Below, piece after piece: positions 50,707-58,938 of a DNA stretch of 64,000 bases; position 1 is the stretch's first letter, and each line of letters opens with the position of its first letter. A model generated the notes under the pieces. That model was not told the DNA's origin and ran no database searches. It saw only the letters and a program-made list of their open reading frames with translations. Origin of the DNA: Candidatus Woesearchaeota archaeon (GTDB lineage Archaea; Nanobdellota; Nanobdellia; SCGC-AAA011-G17; PNOQ01); NCBI GenBank assembly GCA_018652625.1, contig JABIBT010000027.1:587-64586 (forward strand), read 5' to 3'. A program made the position numbers and the translations under genes.

Positions 50707-53295
50707 ATGACCATGAAAAAAGGGGTTTTAGTATTATTTTTACTATTAGTAAGTATATTCCAAGTTAGTGCTGCAACTTACTATGTCTCTAAAAGCGGAG
50801 ATGATACAAATGGGGGCACATCGTGGGCAGATGCTTGGTTTACTATAAGCAAAGCAGAGGACACAGCAGCCACAAATTCAATAATTTATGTTGGAGATGG
50901 ATTATACAGGGAACAATCCTACACAACTCAACCACTATTAATACTAGATAATAGTGTCCAGAATAGAACTTTTGTATCTTTCAATAGGTCTCAGGCAGTC
51001 ATACAAGCCAATAAAAGTGATGCTTCTATTGTAGTTAGGTTTAATACTGGAGCAAACAATGTAACCCTTGTAGGTTTCGTCATAGATGGAAATAATACAG
51101 AAAGTGGACTTTGGGCAGATCAAGGAACAGGGGTGATAAAACTTTACAATAACACCTTCGTTAATGCAACAAGTTATGGAATTGCTATGTATGATTATGG
51201 GGGGTCTTCTGGACCTAGACATAATTGGCATATAGAAGGAAATATCTTTAATAATACGGTGTCGGGGATCATAGGATTTGATTCTTCAAATGTTACAATA
51301 AAAGATAATAATTTTACATACAAATTATCCAGTACGCACATAAAGTATTATGGACCTTCACCAAACAATACAGTTATACAAGGAAATTACTTTGAAAACT
51401 CCAGCCAAACTTGTATGGAGGTACACAATATTGGTTCTGACTGGCAAATCAAAGATAACACATTTGGAGATTCAGATAATAATATAAATAGATATGGAAT
51501 AAGAATAAACAACTCCCAAAACCTACTGATACAAAATAATACCTTCTGGCATGGAAATTTCTCTGCGTCGTATGTAACAATCTATACTTCTGCAAATAAT
51601 AACAATGGATTAAAAATAATAAACAACCAATGGGGGAGTTCTTCAGTATTCCTAAATTTGAGCACAGGTTCTACTAATGGATATGCAATTAAAGTAATAA
51701 ATGTTTCAAATAGTTTATTTGAAAATAATTCTTTTTATCTTAGTGATGGGATTGGAATAGGTATATCTGGAAATGGAAATGGGCCAAATAAAAATATTAC
51801 AATAAGAAATAATTTAATAGATCACAATACTTCTGCTTTATCTATCCCTGGCGGATATTCTATTTATATTGGGGAAGATTCGATTCCAAGTTTTGAAGGA
51901 GATTTGAATGACACATTAATAGAAAATAACACAATAAGAATGGCTAGTGTGGAAACAAGTAGACACCCCCTATTCACAGGTAAGACATTTAACACAACCG
52001 TAAGATATAATTATGTTCTTGGTGGAGGATATGGAATATTATCTAAACATGAAACTCTTTATAGAGCGTATAATAATACTATGGAGAATCAAACAAACTT
52101 TGAAGGGTTTGTAACAAGAGCAGGACATAATGTTTCTGTTTATAATAATACATTTCTTTGCCCAAACTATAATGGAGCAGATAGCCCTATTGCAATAGTG
52201 GCTAAAAATGCAAAATATTCAGACCCCAGAAATGTAACTAATTTCCAAGTTTATAATAATAGATTTTATATTCATAATCAAAGTTACCTTTATGTATTTA
52301 CAGAAAATGGAACTAATTTTTCTAATACTAATTTTTCTTCATGGAACAATATAATTATATTAAACAATTCAAATCAAAAGGTTTCATGGGAAGGCACTAT
52401 TTCAAATAAATATAATTTTACAGAGTTTCAAAAGAATTTTACATTAGAAACAAATTCAATCTTCTCAGCAGAAGAGGAAGTTCCTTGGGTTCTAAATAGA
52501 ACCAATACAACTGGATATACAACTGCAACAATAAACTGGACTAGCCAAGAGTCTGCAAATACATCTATTAATTACGGAAGTACAGAATCTTTAGGAACAA
52601 CATATGGAAATATTAGTTTAACCTTGTTTCATATAATTAATTTATCTGGATTATCTGAAGGCACTGTTTATTACTATAACATAACTATGTGTGATTATGA
52701 TGATAATTGTAATGAGACAGGACCATATAATTTTACAACTCAAACACAATCTTCAGGGGAGTCTTCAGATCCTCCTCCTTCTGGCGGTGGACCTCCAAGT
52801 TACGTGGGGATAGATTATTTTGAACCGGATGCAGAAGAAACAGAAAATAGATTAACTTGGAGTAATGTTAGAGAAAGAGACTCAATAAACTTCAAATACA
52901 AAACTGAATCCCACAGAATAGAAATAAGAAGATTCTTTTATGATAAATCAAAAATAGAGATATTTTCGGATCCACAAGAAATGATAATTTATTTTGATAG
53001 GATAAAAAGAGTAGATCTAGACTTAGACGGAGAAGACGATATAATTGTAGAAGCAACAAAGCAAACACTCTCAACTTTCAAAATAAGCATAAAAGAAATA
53101 AATATTCCTCTTTCGATAGAATATGAAGAACCAGAAGAAGAGATTACTGGAGGAACGATAACACTTCCAATAGTAGAAGATCAAGAAGAGAAAGTTTCCT
53201 ACGCAGACATAATACTTCCTTTATCAATTTTATTCTTACTGTTTGTCATAGTAGCCATAACTTTAATAATCATAAATAGAAAAAAATCAAGATAA
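50707..53295 (+). CDS. Large beta-helix repeat surface protein, FN3-like domain, C-terminal TM anchor, very high N-glycosylation sequon density
   Basis: Signal peptide, then the same YYVSKSGDD..G.SW..A beta-helix cap as its divergent neighbour. I counted about 44 N-x-S/T sequons by hand. The FN3-like segment is TATINWTSQESANTSINYG...VYYYNITMCD. The C-terminus is ILPLSILFLLFVIVAITLIIINRKKSR. Confidence 0.6.
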   Translation: MTMKKGVLVLFLLLVSIFQVSAATYYVSKSGDDTNGGTSWADAWFTISKAEDTAATNSIIYVGDGLYREQSYTTQPLLILDNSVQNRTFVSFNRSQAVIQANKSDASIVVRFNTGANNVTLVGFVIDGNNTESGLWADQGTGVIKLYNNTFVNATSYGIAMYDYGGSSGPRHNWHIEGNIFNNTVSGIIGFDSSNVTIKDNNFTYKLSSTHIKYYGPSPNNTVIQGNYFENSSQTCMEVHNIGSDWQIKDNTFGDSDNNINRYGIRINNSQNLLIQNNTFWHGNFSASYVTIYTSANNNNGLKIINNQWGSSSVFLNLSTGSTNGYAIKVINVSNSLFENNSFYLSDGIGIGISGNGNGPNKNITIRNNLIDHNTSALSIPGGYSIYIGEDSIPSFEGDLNDTLIENNTIRMASVETSRHPLFTGKTFNTTVRYNYVLGGGYGILSKHETLYRAYNNTMENQTNFEGFVTRAGHNVSVYNNTFLCPNYNGADSPIAIVAKNAKYSDPRNVTNFQVYNNRFYIHNQSYLYVFTENGTNFSNTNFSSWNNIIILNNSNQKVSWEGTISNKYNFTEFQKNFTLETNSIFSAEEEVPWVLNRTNTTGYTTATINWTSQESANTSINYGSTESLGTTYGNISLTLFHIINLSGLSEGTVYYYNITMCDYDDNCNETGPYNFTTQTQSSGESSDPPPSGGGPPSYVGIDYFEPDAEETENRLTWSNVRERDSINFKYKTESHRIEIRRFFYDKSKIEIFSDPQEMIIYFDRIKRVDLDLDGEDDIIVEATKQTLSTFKISIKEINIPLSIEYEEPEEEITGGTITLPIVEDQEEKVSYADIILPLSILFLLFVIVAITLIIINRKKSR

Positions 53296-53667
53296 TTTTA
53301 GTTTTCTCAACTTAGAATGAATATCATCAATCTCACGGTCCAGTCCAAACTTATGTTCTTTTTCTTCTTCTTTAATAGAAACCTTCTCTTTTTTTCTTTC
53401 TTTAACTTTTATATCTTCAGATTTAGGGAGATGTTTTTTTAATGAATTTGTTTCCTTTTCAATTTTATTCATAACCACGACCAATTTTTTAAAAATCTCT
53501 GCTTTTTCTTCCTTGATCTTTTGATAACTTTCCCATTTTTTCAAAAGCTCAGCAGATTCAATAGCAGTTTCTAGAATATTTTTCCTTAAATGACTAGGTT
53601 GATCAACTTTTACATAAGTAATACTCTCTTCCTTTTTAGTTGACTTTTTGGGCCCCTTTTTTGCCAT
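53287..53667 (-). CDS. Hypothetical coiled-coil protein
   Basis: 126 aa, K/E-rich, with YVKVDQPSHLRKNILE followed by a long helix. No family recognised. Confidence 0.4.
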   Translation of the reverse strand: MAKKGPKKSTKKEESITYVKVDQPSHLRKNILETAIESAELLKKWESYQKIKEEKAEIFKKLVVVMNKIEKETNSLKKHLPKSEDIKVKERKKEKVSIKEEEKEHKFGLDREIDDIHSKLRKLKLS

Positions 53668-53673
53668 TTAATA

Positions 53674-54114
53674 TCACATTTCAAACAGTTTTCTATCCAC
53701 ATTAAGTAATTTCTCTTTTATTTTATCTAAATCAGAGTTCCATCTCTCTAATTCTTTATTTTCTTCAGTTCTTATTTTATGGATATCATCTAGTAAACCA
53801 TCCGCTTCACTACACAATTCTTTAATTTTGTGTATATCTTCCATTGCACTCTTATAGTTATCTATCTTAACAAAAATAGGTTTATCTCCAATTGGAATAG
53901 AACCAGAACTAATTTTTTTTCTTTCAACAATCTCCGGTTTACGTATTTTTACAGGAGAAGGTCTTCCCACTTCCTTTTTTATTGTTCCAAACTCTTGCCC
54001 ATAATCTGGTAATTTTGGGATTTCAGAAGAAACTTTGGGTGTTTCTAATGGAATTGGATCAAATTCAGGAACTTTAGAATCGAAATTTTTCTCTTTTTTT
54101 TTGAAAAAAGACAT
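53674..54114 (-). CDS. Hypothetical protein (Pro-rich N-terminus, coiled-coil C-terminus)
   Basis: 146 aa. FVKIDNYKSAMEDIHKIKE is followed by a helix, a layout that parallels the downstream 126-aa ORF. Confidence 0.4.
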   Translation of the reverse strand: MSFFKKKEKNFDSKVPEFDPIPLETPKVSSEIPKLPDYGQEFGTIKKEVGRPSPVKIRKPEIVERKKISSGSIPIGDKPIFVKIDNYKSAMEDIHKIKELCSEADGLLDDIHKIRTEENKELERWNSDLDKIKEKLLNVDRKLFEM

Positions 54115-54250
54115 TTTATTAACACCTCCAAGGAATATTAAAATTTTATTTTAACAATATATAAACCTTCTTCACTATTTTAAAGTAGTAAACTTTATAA
54201 AGGCAAAGATTTTTAAATATCTTAGTATAGAAAATCAAGAATGGTGAAAA

Positions 54251-54790
54251 ATGGATGTTTTAGAAGAAAAAGAAATAGAAAATCTTGTATCTCAATTAAC
54301 TGGAGAGGAAGCCGTAAATGTAGTTAAGTATATTCTTTCCCAGGGAGAGAATGTATCCGAATTTTTAATTGCTGAAACATTAGAAGCACCAATAAATCAT
54401 ATTCGAAATGTACTTTATAGACTTCAAGAAAATAATCTTATTACCTTCACAAGAAAGAAAGATAAAAAGAAAGGCTGGTACATCTATTACTGGACATTTA
54501 ATCATCCAGAAGCAAAAGCAACAATAAAAAGAATGAAAGATAGCAGAATAGAAAATCTTAGAAAAAGACTAGAAAGAGAAGATTCAAGCACATTTTATAC
54601 TTGTGCATCTAAGTGTTTAAGAATGAAATTTGATAACGCTTTAGAAAATAATTTCAGATGTTCAGAATGTAATAAAATTCTAAAGGAAATGAATAACACC
54701 AAGATAATCAGAGAAATTAAAAAGGAACTTTCTATGTTAGAAGAAACATCTTCAGAAGAAAATTCTACAATTGCAGAAGTTACAGCATAG
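54251..54790 (+). CDS. tfe: Transcription factor E (TFE-alpha, TFIIE-alpha homolog)
   Basis: N-terminal extended winged helix (EFLIAETLEAPINHIRNVLYRLQENNLITFTRKKDKKKGWYIYYW) and a Zn-ribbon-like YTCASKC...FRCSECN. Confidence 0.75.
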   Translation: MDVLEEKEIENLVSQLTGEEAVNVVKYILSQGENVSEFLIAETLEAPINHIRNVLYRLQENNLITFTRKKDKKKGWYIYYWTFNHPEAKATIKRMKDSRIENLRKRLEREDSSTFYTCASKCLRMKFDNALENNFRCSECNKILKEMNNTKIIREIKKELSMLEETSSEENSTIAEVTA

Positions 54791-54794
54791 AAAA

Positions 54795-55304
54795 ATGGCA
54801 AAAAGAGTTTTAATGTTAGATTTAGAGGAAACTATAATATCCAATCTTTTAGGGACTCCTGTAGATAGGGTTTTTGTTAGACCCTATGCAGAAGAATTTT
54901 TAAAAAGAACAAAGGATATTTTTGATGAAAGATATCTTAACACCTGCGTTCCAGAAGAGAAGGCAAATGCAATCTTAAGAGAAAATTTTGATAGAGAATT
55001 AATAGATGATTTTCGATACTGGGATTTTAAAAGATATTCAATATCTAATAAAGCTAAAGGGTATGGAGAATTTAATGGTTCAAGAATAGTTCATGTTGAG
55101 GATAGAGTGTTTCCTGGAGATCCACTGTATAAACCAGGACTTTCTCAAGAAGAAATAGATTTTATTGGGCACAGTGTATTTTTTATTCCGGTCAGAATGT
55201 ATGAACCAAAAAGGTGGGTATGGGAAGAACCAATAATGCCAAAATATGACAGAGAACTTCTAAGAGCCCTTAAATTAATAGAAAGAAATATTAGGTATCT
55301 TTAA
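54795..55304 (+). CDS. HAD-superfamily FCP1/NIF-like phosphatase homolog with variant motif I (DLEET)
   Basis: VLMLDLEETIIS resembles the DLDETL motif of FCP1/SCP-type HAD phosphatases, but the second Asp is replaced by Glu. The start is set at the ATG after the tfe stop. Confidence 0.4.
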   Translation: MAKRVLMLDLEETIISNLLGTPVDRVFVRPYAEEFLKRTKDIFDERYLNTCVPEEKANAILRENFDRELIDDFRYWDFKRYSISNKAKGYGEFNGSRIVHVEDRVFPGDPLYKPGLSQEEIDFIGHSVFFIPVRMYEPKRWVWEEPIMPKYDRELLRALKLIERNIRYL

Positions 55305-55879
55305 GGTCCAAAGAAAACCTTTGCACCATCAAAAGGACCAAAAGGAATCATATTGAATATAAACAACATCAAATTAATATTTCTTGTCATCAACCAAAAA
55401 CTCAATGCCCCATGACTCAATTCTTCCCTTTTAGTTTTTATAATAATAAAAGCAACAAACCATAGTACTAGGTTGATTAAGGGACCAGCAAACGCAATTA
55501 ATTTATAAGCCAATGGGTTAGATAGGGCCGCTTGCCCAATAGTTACGTAACCTGGAGCAATAATTAAAAATGGTGAGTTAAACAATCTTAATAATAATCC
55601 TATTCCAAGCCCCCAATAAAAAATTTCAAAACTTGCTGTATATCCAAAACCCATAGCAACAAACTTATGGGCTAATTCATGCAAAACAACTGCAGGGGCA
55701 GCAATTATAATTGCAAACCTCAAATCTTCCCATTTGAATCTTTTTTTATGCATCATGTCATAAACATTTTTTGGCTTTCTAGAAAATAAACCCATAAAAA
55801 TTATTCCCAAGGCAAGTGAAGTTATTGCAAGTTTGATTATTTCAACAAAAGTGATTAAAACCATAAGAAAAACAAACAA
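55301..55879 (-). CDS. Small M50-like intramembrane metalloprotease (no PDZ)
   Basis: HELAHK (HExxH) in a TM segment and the NMIPFGPFDGAKVF motif. Confidence 0.7.
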   Translation of the reverse strand: MFVFLMVLITFVEIIKLAITSLALGIIFMGLFSRKPKNVYDMMHKKRFKWEDLRFAIIIAAPAVVLHELAHKFVAMGFGYTASFEIFYWGLGIGLLLRLFNSPFLIIAPGYVTIGQAALSNPLAYKLIAFAGPLINLVLWFVAFIIIKTKREELSHGALSFWLMTRNINLMLFIFNMIPFGPFDGAKVFFGP

Positions 55880-55900
55880 TACTCTCTTTTAAAAGTTTTG

Positions 55901-57097
55901 TTAAATATAACTAGCCAACCTTTTCTGTTTACTATTTCTATGCATCAACTTACTAACTTTAAACAATTCATTAGCATCAACTCTAAAATCTTTCATTATT
56001 TTGGCCCTAACATAGTTCATTAATGATTCTTTGTCTTCAAAGTCTAAAGGAACTTTATTTCTTAAAGATATTCTTGTAGCTTCTCGACAAACCCATACTC
56101 CCAAAGGAAATTTATCTTCATTAGTGATAAATCTAAAAACCAAAACTGCTCCCTGTTTTCTTAATTCAGATAATTTCTCTAAAATTCCAATTCTACATGC
56201 ATAATACCCTCCAGCAGTTTCCTCAACATAACCTTTCTTCCCAAAATAATCCTCATAATCTGTTCCATAAAAATTACCAGTTTTACTCCAAGGATTTGTT
56301 TTTAATGGAACTTCCATCTCAAATAATTCAAAACCCCATATATCCGGGAAAAACATAATCATATAAAAATTTCCTAAGTAACCAGAGAAATAAACTTGAT
56401 AATCTGCTTCTTGGTAAAATCTAATATCTTTTAATAATTCTTTTCCTAGCGTATCATCTGTAGCAGTTATACTCCATCTAGTGGGGACCAATCTTCTATT
56501 CTTTTGTTTTCCCAATAATCCAATAGATAAAATCTTACTTAAGAAATTTTCATCCATTCCTTTGTTATATAATTTATACAACCCTTCAACAGATTTCATA
56601 TCTCCATCAGAAACAGTTTTATCTACAACTGTTTTTATTTTAGGATTCTCTGTTAATTTAATATTTTTAACATTAGCATTATTACTTAACGGTTTAGCAA
56701 CATTTTCCATTTTAAGTAGATTTTTTGGTTTATTTTTTAAGGAGATTTCCATATCTACGGGTTTATGTGCCATACCAACTTCTTGGCTTAAATCCAATAA
56801 TCTACTATCAAAATTTTTAACAGAAGATTGAAATCTAGCATTAACTAATTGTGCTCTTAATTTCAAAATATCTTGGTCTTTTAATCCTTGTTTAGCCCAC
56901 TCTTTTGGATTGTCCATTAGATAAGAAGATTCTTCCTTTTGTGTCGGGCTTAAAACTCCTACATTTACTTTAGGATAACCAAATCTTCCAACAAAAACTG
57001 CCGGGGGAGAATTCCCAAAAAAATCCAAGCCTTTTAAATCTAAATTAGCAAAATTAAATTTAATCAAATCTCTTTGAGCATATCCACTCTTTCCCAT
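55901..57097 (-). CDS. Nre-family (DUF650/DUF651-like) archaeal DNA-repair-associated protein
   Basis: SPPAVFVGRFGYPKVNVGVLSP near the N-terminus, RLVPTRWSITATDD and GGYYACR in the middle, and a C-terminal PIP-box-like QKRLASYI. The family is assigned from memory of these motifs. Confidence 0.5.
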   Translation of the reverse strand: MGKSGYAQRDLIKFNFANLDLKGLDFFGNSPPAVFVGRFGYPKVNVGVLSPTQKEESSYLMDNPKEWAKQGLKDQDILKLRAQLVNARFQSSVKNFDSRLLDLSQEVGMAHKPVDMEISLKNKPKNLLKMENVAKPLSNNANVKNIKLTENPKIKTVVDKTVSDGDMKSVEGLYKLYNKGMDENFLSKILSIGLLGKQKNRRLVPTRWSITATDDTLGKELLKDIRFYQEADYQVYFSGYLGNFYMIMFFPDIWGFELFEMEVPLKTNPWSKTGNFYGTDYEDYFGKKGYVEETAGGYYACRIGILEKLSELRKQGAVLVFRFITNEDKFPLGVWVCREATRISLRNKVPLDFEDKESLMNYVRAKIMKDFRVDANELFKVSKLMHRNSKQKRLASYI

Positions 57098-57243
57098 AAG
57101 TTTAGTAGTTTTATTTGGTTTATATACTTAATTTGTGTACTTGACAAGCTATGTTATTACTTTAGAATAGTTACAAATAGAAATGTTTATAAAAGAAGAA
57201 ATTCCAATAAATTTACACAAACAAAGGAGATTTATGATAAAAA

Positions 57244-58278
57244 ATGAATAAAATACAAAAAGCAATAACATTAGCAACTTTAATTACTGCTGCAACGGCA
57301 TTGCCTTCAATGGCAGAGATTGGAGAAAAAATCGGTGGTTATTTTAATTTAGGTACAAAGCCAGGTAAGGAATTAGTAAGAACTGGTGTAAATTATGGAG
57401 ATGTTTCTTTGAAATTCAATTTCCAACCAGGAGAAGAAGGGCAAGAAGATTTTAAAGGATATTTTCAACATCCAATATTTGGACCCTTGGATAATGTCTA
57501 CATTAGATATCAAGATGGAGATCAAACTGGTAATGGTAGAAAAGTGGAAGCAGGAGCAGATATAAGCGTACTGGGTCAATACATTTTACCACTATGGTTA
57601 AGATTTGATGCAGATTCTGAAAATGGTGATCTTAACCCGGATAGTTTTTTTGCAATGGCAGAAGGAAGCTTTCCAGGTTGGTTCGGAACAACCATGAATT
57701 ATGGAATTGCTCATGATGGAGATGGGGCACACGGAGTTGAAGATGTTCAAGCTGCTCATCTAGGTTTCAACACTGAGGAATTTGGCTTTGGAGTAACAAA
57801 TAATTATGACAACTCCTATAATGCAGACGTAAGTTGGTCAAATGGAGACCTAGGTTCAGCAGTGGACTTTTGGTCAAATGGAGATGAGTGGAGAGCCCTA
57901 GGTTTTGTTTCACAACAACCAGGTGGCTTAATTAGTCCAGCATGGCCGGTGATAAACTATCAAGTTTTTGGTAGAGGAGAATTCGCAGAAGATGCAACAC
58001 ATTTGACCCCAACTGGATGCAAGGGAAAAGGTCACTCTCTAAAATACGTTTTGGGTCAAGATCCAATTGGAGACTGGAGCGGAACACTCGAAGGGGGTAG
58101 TCCAATAGGAAAAGGTTTTACAGCAACAGTTGGTTCAAACTTAGCTGAAGGAAATGATCCAGAGTATACAACTGCATTAACTTGGAGCGGAGATGATTTT
58201 TTCACAGAAATCTCAGTTTCAGATATATTGGATACAGACAATGCAACAGTAAAAGCATACGGAAGCATGAGCTTCTAA
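57244..58278 (+). CDS. Secreted porin-like (beta-barrel-like) protein ending in Phe
   Basis: SD AAGGAGA. Signal peptide ...ATALPSMAE. No further hydrophobic helix. The sequence is Gly/Asp/aromatic-rich with alternating strands and ends TVKAYGSMSF. The gene looks more G+C-rich than its flanks. Confidence 0.5.
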   Translation: MNKIQKAITLATLITAATALPSMAEIGEKIGGYFNLGTKPGKELVRTGVNYGDVSLKFNFQPGEEGQEDFKGYFQHPIFGPLDNVYIRYQDGDQTGNGRKVEAGADISVLGQYILPLWLRFDADSENGDLNPDSFFAMAEGSFPGWFGTTMNYGIAHDGDGAHGVEDVQAAHLGFNTEEFGFGVTNNYDNSYNADVSWSNGDLGSAVDFWSNGDEWRALGFVSQQPGGLISPAWPVINYQVFGRGEFAEDATHLTPTGCKGKGHSLKYVLGQDPIGDWSGTLEGGSPIGKGFTATVGSNLAEGNDPEYTTALTWSGDDFFTEISVSDILDTDNATVKAYGSMSF

Positions 58279-58279
58279 A

Positions 58280-58297
58280 TTTTTTATTTTTTTCTTT
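58280..58297 (+). terminator. T-rich terminator
   Basis: TTTTTTATTTTTTTCTTT directly after the stop. Confidence 0.45.
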
Positions 58298-58304
58298 AGA
58301 AACC

Positions 58305-58312
58305 TTTATAAA
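58305..58312 (+). promoter_or_regulatory. TATA box (TTTATAAA) of the eL15 gene
   Basis: The box centre is about 29 nt upstream of the ATG at 58338. Confidence 0.45.
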
Positions 58313-58318
58313 CAAAAC

Positions 58319-58330
58319 TTTGCCCCAAAT
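58319..58330 (+). promoter_or_regulatory. GC-rich promoter-proximal motif TTTGCCCCAAAT (eL15 promoter)
   Basis: It lies 6 nt downstream of the TATA box and 7 nt upstream of the ATG. It shares 11 identical nt with the site at 17350-17360. Confidence 0.4.
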
Positions 58331-58337
58331 TCTTATC

Positions 58338-58901
58338 ATGTATAAAAAGCTAAGAAACCTTTGGAAATCTCCAGAAAAGTCTCTAATGAGAGATAGATTA
58401 ATAGAATGGAGAAGAGATCCAGCAATCCTAAGAATTGAGAAACCTACAAATATTTCTTCAGCAAGGTCAATTGGTTACAAAGCAAAAGAAGGATTCATAA
58501 TGGTCAGAGTCAGAGTAATCCGGGGCGGAAGAATGAGGCCTCAAATAAAGAAAGGACGAAGATCTAAAGCAGCTAGAAGAAAGAAGATTGTAGGGATGTC
58601 ATATCAATGGATAGCAGAACAAAGAGCTCAGAAATTCTATAAGAATTTAGAAGTTTTAAATTCATACAAGGTAGGAAAAGACGGAAGACATTTCTGGTTT
58701 GAAATAATCTTAATAGATCCACAACACCCAGTTATTAAAAAAGACAGAAAATTAAATATGCTTGGAAAGAAAGCAAATAAAAAGAGAGTAACTCATGGTT
58801 TAACATCTGCAGCCAAAAAATCAAGAGGATTAAATAAAAAAGGAAAAGGTGCAGAAAAAATAAGACCAAGTAGAAGAGCTAACAAAGGCCGTTCTAAATA
58901 A
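58338..58901 (+). CDS. rpl15e: Ribosomal protein eL15 (L15e)
   Basis: YKKLRNLWKSPEK..., GYKAKEGFIMVRVRVIRGGR, and a highly basic tail. The tracked start at 58320 is a TTG inside the promoter motif, so I prefer the ATG at 58338. Confidence 0.9.
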   Translation: MYKKLRNLWKSPEKSLMRDRLIEWRRDPAILRIEKPTNISSARSIGYKAKEGFIMVRVRVIRGGRMRPQIKKGRRSKAARRKKIVGMSYQWIAEQRAQKFYKNLEVLNSYKVGKDGRHFWFEIILIDPQHPVIKKDRKLNMLGKKANKKRVTHGLTSAAKKSRGLNKKGKGAEKIRPSRRANKGRSK

Positions 58902-58938
58902 GTTAATTTTAAATATATCAAACATATAAGATTCTTAC

